DNA of 64,000 bases from Eledone cirrhosa (Eukaryota). Of the stretch, positions 25,078-36,399 are shown in pieces; position 1 is the stretch's first letter; each line of letters starts with the position of its first letter. A model generated the notes under the pieces. It ran no database searches. It saw nothing but the letters and a program-made list of their open reading frames with translations, and was not told where the DNA came from. The position numbers were made by a program, and so were the translations under genes. The stretch covers positions 252,712,001-252,776,000 of the forward strand of contig OZ024742.1 in NCBI GenBank assembly GCA_964016885.1, read 5' to 3'.

Positions 25078-25840
25078 ACAATTAAATCTCTCCCAAGGTA
25101 ACTCTATCTCGTGTTATTTTTATTTTTTACACTCTTTCCTATGTTCCTCTACACACTTTACATCTCATTCTACATTCCCTTACATCTCGTGTTATTATTT
25201 TTATTTTTACTTTCTTTCCTACGTTCCTCTACACACTATACGTCACATTCTACACTCTCTTACATATCTCTCTTCACCACCGGATCCTGTTACCTGGAGA
25301 ATTACCCATCTGCATTGTTGAGGCTTCCAAAACGACCAAAAGATATTAAATCTTATTATTCCACAATGCTCCAAGCAAACTTCAATACTTTCTTTTAAAA
25401 TCAAATATAAATACTTTAATCCCTTTCTTACCATATTTCTAATAAAAGACACTGCATAAGATTTTGAAATCATTTGAAGGGATTCTCAGTTTAACTAATT
25501 TTCTCATTATTAAGCTGGTAATTGGATCATGACTTAGAAAAGGTTCTTATGATGGATTTTATATTTAGATAAATATAAACACTTTAACTCTTTGGTTATT
25601 AGATTTTTAATGAAAGACATTGCCTCTTGAAATTAATCAAGAATTTGGAGGGATTTAGTAATAATTAACTTAAGTTTCTTACATAAAAAATATGAAGGAA
25701 GGTACGAATTTAAATTTGAACACTTTACAATAAGGAGTTTTGTATCAGTTTCAGGTGGGTTGGCATCAAAGGGATAAGCCAAACCCCTCTGTATGACTCA
25801 GGTTTGTTAAAGAAATGACATAGCATTCTAGCTTTTTTTT

Positions 25841-25940
25841 TTCTTCTTCTTCTTCTTCTTCTTCTTCTTCTTCTTCTTCTTCTTCTTCTTCTTCTTCTTC
25901 TTCTTCTTCTTCTTCTTCTTCTTCTTCTTCTTCTTCTTCT
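25841..25940. repeat. (TTC)n microsatellite
   Basis: Perfect trinucleotide run. Confidence 0.97.
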
Positions 25941-26049
25941 GCAACCATGGGAAAACAAACATAAAACAACATGTCTATATCTATAGTCAACCAGGGCATC
26001 AATAAATTGTCTCTACTTTATGCACAAAGCCAACAGTTTGAAGAGAAGA

Positions 26050-26225
26050 GGAAAGTTGATTAAATCAACCCCAGTACATTACCGGTGCTTTATTTTATCG
26101 ACCCCGTAAGGATAAAAGGCAAAACTAACCTCGGTAGGATTTGAATTCAGAACATAAAGGGCCATAACTTTATGCTGCAAAGCATGGTGTCTGATGCTAT
26201 TCCGATACTGTCAATCTACTGCCCT
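26050..26225 (-). mobile_element. SINE family A
   Basis: Reverse homology to 9662-9855. Confidence 0.75.
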
Positions 26226-27221
26226 ATAACCAGGGTATCAATAATACAAAATTGCCCAATTGCACCACTCAAAGGCGATGACACAGGACCGAGACCTCTG
26301 GCGTTATGCAGTAATACAGAAGACCCAACTTCCCACGGGTACAAGCCGAAGCATATAGACAGTATGCTCCTACCCCCTCCCCCCTCCCACTGTAAATTGG
26401 TTATGTAGGTGTCATGACAAAAATCACCAAGTCCTCACTGTAAAGTGGTCGTGTAGGCGCCGCGGCAAAAAAGCACCCTGTACTCACTGTAAATGAGGTT
26501 GGTGTCAGGAAAGGCATTCGGCTGTAGAAACCAAGCTAAAATCAGTTCCTTATGAGCAAGACATGGTTACCTGACCTGGCATTGCCATCGCCCACAACAG
26601 GACAACCCGTCTAACCCAAGCTAGCATGGAAGAATGGACATAAAACAGTGATGATTATGATGATTCTATTTGGAATAGAAATCACAAAATTGTCTCACCC
26701 AACTAATGGAAGGGAAAGGATCCAGTCATCAAATTGGATAAAACAACACTATGGTTGTATGACTTTAAAGAGTAATGTATTTACACTAAATCTGCAAATG
26801 TTTACAACAATTTGTCAGTTAATAAAGATATTATAAACATTTGAATTAAACCTGTTTTTAGATATTTTCATCGAAACCATTACAAGGTTAAAATTAAACT
26901 TAAAGTGGTAATCTTGACTTGCTAGCATATTATTAGAACTGGTAATCTTCCACTTGTTGGTGACTGTGACAGAAAAACACAGAATCTTCTAGATGAAGCT
27001 GGCTACCTACTCTTCAATATAATATAACATTTACATTATTTATGCCAGTCAAATCATTAAACTGCCGACTTATATAAGCATCGATTGTGTTTTTCCATTA
27101 TAACTAGATTTTCCCACTGGAATTATCCGAGACAAAATAATACATTCTGTATATAGAGAGTTGTACACTCTCCCTAATATGTATGTAACTATGTATGTAA
27201 CTATGTATATATATATGTATG

Positions 27222-27255
<34 letters not shown>

Positions 27256-27765
27256 TGTATGTATGTATGTATGTATGTATGTATACACATATATACGCAA
27301 ACAAATATACATATGCACACACACATACTCATATATACGAAAAAAAAAAGATTACTCAAATAATCGGAAAAGAAGAAAGAAAAAAATACATATAAAAAAA
27401 ATAGGATGAATTGCGAAAATCTAAAGTGGAAGCTTCCCGTGTTCAGGGAAGCAGATCTTGACCAAAACTATAATTCATTTCATTTCACTATGAAATAATG
27501 GAGGCTACTACAATTTTCTTTTTTTTGCATGGTTTTCTGGCAAAACAAGGAAACAGAATCCCATAATTCTCTGCAACATTTCCATCTTTTATTTATGTAG
27601 CGTTTCAGACGTAGCTACATGGCTGCAAAGTTGCGGGTCTTTAAGTCAGACAAATAAATGTTCATTTTGGTCCATATATATATATATGTATGTATATATA
27701 TATAAATTAATATCCTTGCAAGCAGGGAAAAGCGGACGTAAAATGATGAATGATGATGATGATGA

Positions 27766-27828
<63 letters not shown>

Positions 27829-27919
27829 TATATATATATATATAAAGAAAAACGATGAAGTTTTGTTTACATGTATTTAGGATTTTATTGTGTATCTACC
27901 TGAATCACATACACTATAC

Positions 27920-28014
<95 letters not shown>

Positions 28015-28021
28015 TAAAATA

Positions 28022-28097
28022 ACAGATTAAAGTTTAAGCAAAGAACCGCTGCTTTCACCCTTAACGGGATCTTCTGAAACTAACAAAGTCAATCTGT
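28022..28097 (-). ncRNA. Second copy of the CAGAAGA hammerhead-like fold
   Basis: Differs from 28500-28575 only in loop III. Confidence 0.6.
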
Positions 28098-28499
28098 AAA
28101 CGCAGAAGAGGATATTTTAAAAAACGTTGCAATCGGAAGGGTAGCAATGCTGGGTTACACGGGGGGTTATTATAGGTTTTAAATCCAAATTTATCCTGTT
28201 TGTTGTCTGCTTTTCGCGGATTATCGAAATAAAAGGCCCGCCAACGCAACCTTTTAATGAACGCGTCTGTTTTCTGTATCAGGAGTTTTAGGTATGTTTT
28301 TATGCTTGGTACGGGTATGTTCTTTGTAGAAATATTCAGATGTTGTTTCTGCATGATGAATATAAGTCAGTAGAGTGCTCAACCGAGGGAGCCAAATAGT
28401 AATAATAATAAATTTGAAGACCAAAATCCAAAGAGGGCTCGATAAGGATAAATATATATCAAATATATAAGAACCGTAGAGCAAATATTTATTAAAATA

Positions 28500-28575
28500 A
28501 CAGATTAAAGTTTAAGCAAAGAATCGCTGCTTTCACCCTTAACGGGATCTTCTGAAACTAACAAAGTCAATCTGT
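28500..28575 (-). ncRNA. Type I hammerhead-like fold (CAGAAGA core)
   Basis: Reverse complement: ACAGATT..AGTTT CAGAAGA T CCC GTTAA GGG T GAA AGCAG..TTGCT T AAACT..AATCTGT. Confidence 0.6.
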
Positions 28576-29943
28576 AAACGCAGAAGTGGATATTTAAAAA
28601 AAACGTTGCAACCGGAGGAAGACAGGAAGACGATGCTTTGGTTCGTGGAAACGTTCGTTGGCAAAGAACGGGAAAAAACGAATATAATACGTCATTAATA
28701 GCAGCGGTAAAAAACAATTACGCGCAAAGACAGAACGACGTTTATGGTATAAAAGAGGTCGTAGACTAATGTTCTCTTAGGTGGTTCATAGAGACGTTCT
28801 CTGGCAATGAACGAAAAAAAACGAAGATAATACGTCATATGTGGAGCGTGGAGAACAATAGCACGCAAAGACAAAACCACGTAAATGGTATAGCAGAAGT
28901 CGTAGACTAAAATTCTAACTAGGAGACCGAATGAATCTCCGCTACAGAGTTAAGAACAAAGTAAATAAATACAATACAGAAGTAATAGAAATAAATAAAT
29001 ACATACACGCAAACAAATACGTACATACACAAGCATACGCAAAACACTTACCATAGGTATACAAAACCACGCACATATAAATATGTGTGTGTGTGTATGC
29101 GTGTATACAAATAAATAAATAATTATATAAACGTATATAAATAAATAAATACGTATATAACAAGCACACACACATACATACATGTAAATACACGAATGTT
29201 CGGAGACGTAAGTCAACCAAAACATGAAGTACACATATACACACACCCTACATACGTACGAACCTGCATACTCACACAGACGCAAAACTCCCGTATACAC
29301 ACAGCCAAACCATATGTACCAGAATATATTAAATTATACGCCATAACATAAACAATCAAATATACGTACGAGAGGGTATACGTACCTTCACAAAACATAC
29401 GGGTAATATATACTTACCTATGCAAATAAGTAATGGTATAAACAAAACATATACTTAGCTCCCACATCAAGACGTAAAATATCCACGTATAGATCGTACT
29501 ATCCGTTAGGGTATAACGTGGGGCTGTAATACAGGAAAGTTTTGTGCAATTTATGTTTACAAGCCGAAATTGCCTCAGATTTTTTGTTTAAGATGTGGTC
29601 TGTGGCGTAGAGTATTTCCAGGACCTCAGCAGCGCAGAGGTCACATGGTCTTTTATTTCCGTTATACGATCTAGCCCTAGCTAGGATCTCCCAGTGTAAC
29701 TTATATTGGGTGTGGTTGTCTTTTAGACTCCAGATATAAGCTGAAAGTGACGTCATATTCCTTCTTAGAGGGTAACGAAAAGAATGGGTATGCATGTAAA
29801 GACGCTGCTTGAATCTATTGGCGGTTAACCCTATGTAGGCCCTACGGGACGTGGGTGTTACAACCTTACATTTGTAGACAATGTTACTAGAGAGGCATTT
29901 CCCGGATAGGGGGCAATCAACCCGATCAAATTTATTATTATTA

Positions 29944-30036
<93 letters not shown>

Positions 30037-30059
30037 TTTTGTTGTTGTCGTTGTTGTAG

Positions 30060-30234
30060 TTATTGTTTTGTTCATGTTTCGGTCTTTAAATTTGTTTTCT
30101 AGTTCATTATAAAAGATATCTGTGAAAATATTTGGGTGACAAGTTGCCCCTAAATTAGTGTCATTCTCCTTCATACCTTTCATTTTATATTTGATTCAGT
30201 TTTGTTTTGTTTGTTTGCTGAGAAATGATGGATA
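30060..30234 (-). mobile_element. Old PLE thumb/linker remnant
   Basis: YP..(x)..ATCHPNIFTDIFYNELENKFKDRNMNK resembles the PLE post-RT region. Confidence 0.35.
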
Positions 30235-30594
30235 TGTAGTGACTAGCGCCATCTCTCCGGGGAACCAAACTATTTTGGAGTTACTTCCCCGTGGCCAGTA
30301 TATAAGGGAGCGTTCCGACACCTCGCTCTATCTCTTTTCACCTTTTGGCCACCTGCAACACATCTGCTGAGGACCTATACCATAAGGCTCAGCTCAGATG
30401 TATTCCAATCCTTCTTACAAGGATTAACAAAGCAAGTCACAGGTATGTCATTTAACCATTGTAAACACACACGCACAAGCACACGAATAAAGAAAAACTA
30501 CCTTCACATACAGTTGAGAAGACTTATCGTTGTTATTATCATATATATTATTTCCTGTCTGCATCTCATCATCTTGCTTCCTGCTTTCCTTACA
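30235..30594 (+). mobile_element. Candidate solo LTR
   Basis: TGTAG...TTACA ends, TATATAAG at ~30299, AATAAA at ~30486; TSD not clean. Confidence 0.4.
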
Positions 30595-31119
30595 TATTCT
30601 TGTGTTCCTTCACTTATTAAATTATTAAATTAGTGATTGGCATACAGTGTTATCTACTAGAGTAAATAACCTTATGGCCAGTTCACTAAAGATAGATTGC
30701 TTCATGATATTCATTCCAGCTCTCTGAATTCAAATCTTGCTGAGTTCAGCTTTGTTTTTCATCCTTCCGAGGTCCAGTACTGGGGTAAATTCTTTCTTTA
30801 TATTTCTTTTTTATTTCTTCTCTTTCTCTTGCTCTTGCTTTGTTTCTCTAAAAGAAATTGGCTGTTCCATCCTAGTGATGGATGGGCTCCACAATGTTTA
30901 AATGACAAAGACATGCTATGTATGGTGTCCCTAAAATGCCATCAAGAATTATGGGCCTACGGAATGATATATGCTTAATGTAAAAATTATTGCAATATTT
31001 ATATGAATTATCTATTCTCTTGTAGATTTCTCACAACCACCACCACCTCCTCCGAGAAGAAAGGTGGATCAGCAACATTTTAGTTTCATTGTAATTAATA
31101 TGTCGTTAGTTGGATAGAT

Positions 31120-32650
31120 TGTTGTCATATTTACAAAAATGATATGCGATGGGGCCCACCCACAGTCCCCGGCAGACAAAATGGAGAAGGCGTTTCCCCG
31201 GAGGATGGCAAGGGAGACGCGCTGGAAAAGCCACTCCAACTCGTGGGGCTCACACCTGCGGCTGGCCAGCTCAGCGCCTATGGTGGTGAGTAAAGAGGTA
31301 GCCCTGTGGCCGAGGGCACCAGAAGTCTCCACTGCCAGAGGTACGCCCGCAAATCTGTTGGAGAGTGACCAGTATTTGAGGAGTTTGGCCTCCTCAACCC
31401 GACGTGCAGCAGAACCTGGGTCAGAACCCGGCCGATACAGATGCGAAGATCTGATAGTCGTCGAAAATGGGAACTAGTGCGAGCGTGTCAGAAATCCTGG
31501 TCTCGCTGACGGCAATTACATTCATTTCTAGAGACCTGAGGTCGTTGAGTAGGTGACCCTGCTTCCAGGACGATCCCAGCCATCGAACATTTAAACACCC
31601 TACTCTTAATATGACCATGTTGGCAGGGTAAAAGAGAGAGAAGAAAAGTTTACTTGAGTCTCAGAGCAGCCAGGACCTCCTTGGTGGGTTGGAAGACAGT
31701 GTCCTCTGAGGCAACAACTCTGACTGCGGCCGAGATATCACCCATGATAAGCTTGGCATTTACCTGGTCACGCAAACGCTTGGCACTGGACTCGGGGGTG
31801 GAGGTTAGGGGGTACCTGAGGGTGGGTGTGTGGCGTCCCTGGGCACGCTTGGAATGGGCGCTCGCCCAAAGAACGAGAGATTGGCCTTGACGAAGGCTGC
31901 TGTTGACCGGCCGCCCCGGTCAGTGCCAGAGCTGGGGAGGCCGAGGGCGAGTGGGGTGAAATAGAACAGCCGCTCCCAGTCACTGGCTCGATTGAAGTCC
32001 AGGGCGCTCTCAATCGAGGAAGCAAGGGCATCGGCTACCGGCACCCGTGCCGTTCTCGGGATCCTGAGTGGGATCTTTCGGAGCCGCCTGAGCCGAGCGA
32101 TGTTGACCAGCGAGGCTTGGGCATCAGGCAAGCTTGCTGTCCTATCTGGTGGTGTGCCAGATGGCCATGGCTGGGAAGGCGTGGGGAAGAGGCAGCTCCT
32201 GCACCTCCACGCTGCGAGGGTATTGGAAGCTCGACGAGTCAAGCCAACGCAGGTGAGGTGGTGGAAGCAGCCACACCCCAAACAGTTCTGGCCCCTCTTC
32301 CGTCTGTTAGTGGTGCTGCAGGTGTCGGCTTGGAGGGATGTGGGATGGGGCGTGGGGTCGGGGACTGGGGCACCAAGCGGCATCAGGGGTGGGTAGCTGG
32401 CATGTGTGGGTGGAAGGGAAAGTGCTGGTAAGAGCGCCTCATAGCTCACCTATATATATAGAGGTGTCAGAAAACAAGAGAGAAAAGAAGGGGCTGCATG
32501 GAGGGGGATACACAGGAAGGTAGAATGTTAGTAAATGAATGTGTGAATGGATGAATGTACAAAAAAAAAGGGGAGGGGGAGAAAACAAGGGGTTGTTCCG
32601 AACGGAAAGACCCAGAGTTCAGCACGCACACATGCGAGTAACTTAGCAGT
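31120..32650 (-). mobile_element. CRE-clade RLE retrotransposon with PHD-like finger; RT replaced by a Tx1 fragment
   Basis: CLGC..HLTCVGL..WRCRSC; RIPRTAR; KLIMGDISAAVRVVAS..LAALRLK; EEAKLLKY..PLAVETSG..LFQRVSLAILRGNA. Confidence 0.8.
31423..31657 (-). mobile_element. Tx1-clade fragment (ORF1 stop, spacer, APE N-terminus)
   Basis: LNVRWLGSSWKQGHLLNDLRSL..SETR is homologous to 48990-49218. Confidence 0.85.
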
Positions 32651-32889
32651 TTGTCATAGGACTTTGTGGTTGGAGGTGAGTCACTGATCCTGGGGTTGGC
32701 TTCCTCTTGTTAATGGTAGAATTAATGTCACTGTTGGCGTCATTGCCTTCCTCTTGTCAATGGTGAAGATATAGAGCGAAATACAAAATACACCAGCAGA
32801 CAATTATATAAAAAAAGTATCTTGGTGCCATTTTGACATCTAAAACCATTAAGGATTAAATAAACCACAAGTCTTTTGAATGTATAGGT

Positions 32890-33250
32890 TAAGGCATGGG
32901 TGTGTTTAAGTGGTTTCCTTTGTTACCATATGGTTCTGGGTTCAGTCCTTCTACCTGGCATTTTGGGCAAGAAACTTCAACTAGAGTCATAGGTTCACCA
33001 ATGCCTTGTGAGTAGAATTTGGTAGATGGAAACTACAGAAGTATGTTGTACCAGGCAGGGATGTATAATGTTCGAAAGTTGAAATGTAATATCGAATATT
33101 TTTGACTATATATAAGCAAGACACAGATTCCTGTCCTGTCTGAGAGATCAGTAACCCTGCTTCAGTACTGATGTGGTCTATGTAGACCTATCCAACACTT
33201 GCCAGCATGTAAAGAAGATGTTAAAATGATGATAATGATGATCATGATGA
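32890..33250 (+). mobile_element. Old SINE (tRNA-like head, (GAT)n tail)
   Basis: GGGTTCAGTCC B-box-like motif, ATTTGGTAGATGGAAACT body, CATG..(GAT)n tail. Confidence 0.55.
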
Positions 33251-33574
33251 TTGGAATACCAGCATCAAAATTTGAGGAATGTGCTATTTACCATCAGGAG
33301 TCATGACAACACAAGGATTGAGTACCTAATTAATCTAAGGCAAATTTGAAAGAATAAAGACTCTGCTCAACATAATGTTTATGAAGAATGCAAACTATTT
33401 TGCATAAGCAGAGCCGGTTTAGTGTCTCACAGAAGACAAACATTAAACGTGGATAAAAAATGGAAGTTTTTGGCTCACATATGTTGAAAATGATGAAAGA
33501 TTGCATCATATAAACACACACACATACATGCACGCACACACACATACACGTATGTGTTTTCTGCTTGAAACTTC

Positions 33575-35185
33575 TTTTCTTTGCCCACTGAGAGGGTTGT
33601 GAGGGAAGAGTCCTCAAACACTCCCTCTGGCAGGACCTGTCAGAAGCAACTGTCTCCAACTGCTCTTTCTGGATCCCCAAGTGTGACCAGCTAAGCTCAT
33701 GGATGTTATCCAACCATCTTGCTTGGGGTCTACCCTTGGGTCTCCTACCTGCTGGTTTCGCCCATAGAATCTGTCCATAGAATCTGTCAGGACATTCTAA
33801 CCACATATCCATAGTATCGGAGCTGTGATCTTTCAATTTGGAGAAGTAGCGGCTCTACCTGGAGTGACTCTCTGATCTCTGAGCTACACACTTTATCAAG
33901 TAATGTTACTCCAAATACCCTTTGGAGGAAACCCATATTGGCCACTTGTATTCCCGATCATATTCTTTTGGTTGTTACCCATGACCATAGGTAAGGGTTG
34001 GCAAGAAAAACGAATTGAAGACAGCAAGTTTGGCTTTTACACCTTCCTCCCTTCTTCTGAATACTGAAGTTGGTACATTACTGCATCAACTTTTGTAATC
34101 CACCACTCATGAACATGGCCCCAAGATACTTGAACTTCTCTACCTGCTTTTGTGGAACTTCATTCACATGTAGTGTGCATGTGCAGACTTCTTTGAGAGT
34201 ATGATTGTCTCAGTCTTTGCAGCACTGATTTTCATTCCAGCCATACAACACTTGGAATCAAACCTATCAAGTGCAAGTCGAAGTTGAGTAACACCATGTC
34301 ATCTGCAAATTCCAGCCAACTGATTTTACACCCACCAGTCATGATACCTTTTCCAACCCGGCTGTGCATGTCAATCCTGTTCAAGTAAATAATGAACAGG
34401 AGAGGTGACAATATACACCCTTGGCAGAGTCCGACTTCCACATTGAATGGCTTCTATTTAGCATCATTTATCTGAACAGAAATACTTGGGTTTTGCATAG
34501 AGACATCACGGCAGCACAAAGCTGACCATCAATCCCATACTCCTGCACAGCTTTTCACAGCAGGTCCTGAAGAACGTGGTCTTATGCCTTCTCAAGGTCG
34601 ACAAAACAAGAATATACTTCTTGGCAATACTTCCATGATTTCTTGAATACCTGCCGCAGTGTGAATATTTGGTCAGCTGTGCTGCATCTGGGGAAAAACC
34701 CACACTGTTCATCAGCTAGCTTGGACTTGACAATCTCCCTGCATCTCTTTACCAGACACTTAGCATAGACTTTACTGGGGAGGCTTAACAAGGATTGTCT
34801 CCCATTTTGAAAATTGGGATTATAACTCCTGATTGCCATTGCTTAGGTGCCCTTCCAGAGATCCAGGCCACCTGGCACACACGAGTCAGCCAGAAAATAC
34901 CTTCTCTATTTAAGGTTTTTAACATCTCGGGCCGGATTTCATCTTCCCCAGCAGCTTTGCCACATTTGAGCTCTTTGATAGCTCTTGCAACCTCAGCTTC
35001 TGAGGGATTAATCACCACTCCCAGATGCACCTTGTGTACATCCAAAAATGCTGCAGGGATTGGGTTTAGATCAGCAAAGTATTCTCTCCACCTTGTAGAG
35101 GATGCACCTCTCTGAAGAGAGGAGAACCCCAGATGTATTCTTTATAGCAGGTGTAGAGGAGGACTTCTTATTACAAAGTTGCTGA
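33575..35185 (-). mobile_element. RTE/Expander-like LINE, decayed RT
   Basis: GKAAGEDEIRPEMLK, SLPSKVY, EQCGF, FVDLEKA, QGCILSPLLF, FADD, GRPQARW. Confidence 0.88.
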
Positions 35186-35189
35186 GTAT

Positions 35190-35956
35190 TTGAGGGACAT
35201 ATGACTCGGTTTGGATACTCCTGTTGCCCTGGGTGTCTTTTTATGGATCACAGGCCTCACGCACCAGGACTGAACAAAGTCTGATTCACTGCCTTGGGTC
35301 CTATTCCCCTCTTGGACTCAACTCACCTCCTCAATTTCTCTAATACCTCGTCCATTATCACACCCCTAGATTCCTATCGATTTCTCTTGATCATTAACAT
35401 CTTCTTTTACAACTAACACAGACCGACTATATATGCTCACTCCACTTTTCCCTTCACTGCTCTGTATACACACATAAAAACCCTTATATTAACATACTTT
35501 TGCTCATAGCTTCGTACTTACATGCACACACTCTCTTTTACTCACATATACACACACATTTCTTCTTAGCTTTGTACGGATGTATAATAACACATACACA
35601 CACACACATGCTTACACACGTGCACAAGTATAGCTCTTTTTACCAAACGTTTTTTTTTCATTTCAGGTAGATGCGCTGCATCATCCATTTTTCTAAAAAA
35701 TAAATCATACACAAAACACCAGCACCAACAGTTTACCAAGAGATGGCAACATGAATGGACCTGTTATTTTTATCTAAAGACATTTTTTCCAATTCCAACT
35801 CGTCCGTCCCCTCAATCTATCTTATTTCTCATTCTTTCTTCTGATGAAAGACTAGTGTCCGAAACGTTAAGACCCTCTTCTCGCTATATGAAGCGTTAAC
35901 CTAATATATCCCTTCCATATACTGTACCGATTGTGTTGTTATTTCTGTTTACCTTT

Positions 35957-35960
<4 letters not shown>
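35190..35960 (+). mobile_element. PLE 3' end/pLTR remnant
   Basis: GIY-YIG C-terminus RTRTEQSLIHCLGSYSPLGLN, followed by UTR and a hammerhead. Confidence 0.7.
35837..35872 (+). ncRNA. Minimal type I hammerhead, canonical core
   Basis: TCTT CTGATGA AA GAC-TAGT-GTC C GAAA CG TT AAGA; palindromic AACGTT. Confidence 0.7.
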
Positions 35961-35991
<31 letters not shown>

Positions 35992-36399
35992 CATATTAAA
36001 TTTAAGTGAGAAAAATTCTATTTATGTGAGCATAAGCCAGACAGCAAAAAAAGTATTTTAGTTAGCATGGTTTCGTTTGTGGAAGAAGCAATTTATTGGA
36101 AATACCAATATTTGAAGAATCCACTATATTTTTCAGGGGAGTTGAATTCTTCAAAACTAAGAGTCTATATTGATCAAGAAATTTTACATACTATTTCAAT
36201 TGCCGAGGCACCATACTGTCCCAAAACATGTGCTGTTGAACTATTAAATGATCAAATCTCTCTTAACATATTAAGACTATGCAACAAGCTTATAATGCTG
36301 CTAGAAATAGCAGCCAAAAGACCGTCTGATACAACTTGATAAATTAAGCAGTTTAATATTAATTGAATGTTAATTAGTCTTTAAGATATTATATATAGT

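Larger units (their letters stand above)
20603..25395 (+). mobile_element. Penelope/Poseidon-like element with ~1.33-kb inverted 5' pLTR and 3' direct extension
   Basis: 20603-21938 is the reverse complement of ~23870-25213; 25228-25390 repeats 21944-22107. Confidence 0.93.
28011..29925 (-). mobile_element. Neptune-like PLE fragment: GIY-YIG end, long UTR, start of next ORF, repeated ribozyme module
   Basis: DCPLSGKCLSSNIVYKC..AYIG..CDLCAAE (29499-29925); ORF start 28354-28135 homologous to 4765-4550; 28011-28135 duplicates ~28488-28612. Confidence 0.88.

Noticed and set aside
25725-26002. Poly-Arg and poly-Glu ORFs
   Set aside because: (TTC)n microsatellite.
31026-31063. Possible host micro-exon (FSQPPPPPPRRK) after a TTCTCTTGTAG acceptor
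   Set aside because: Weak donor (GTGGAT), no partner exons recognised, adjacent to a CRE 3' end; RNA-seq would be needed.
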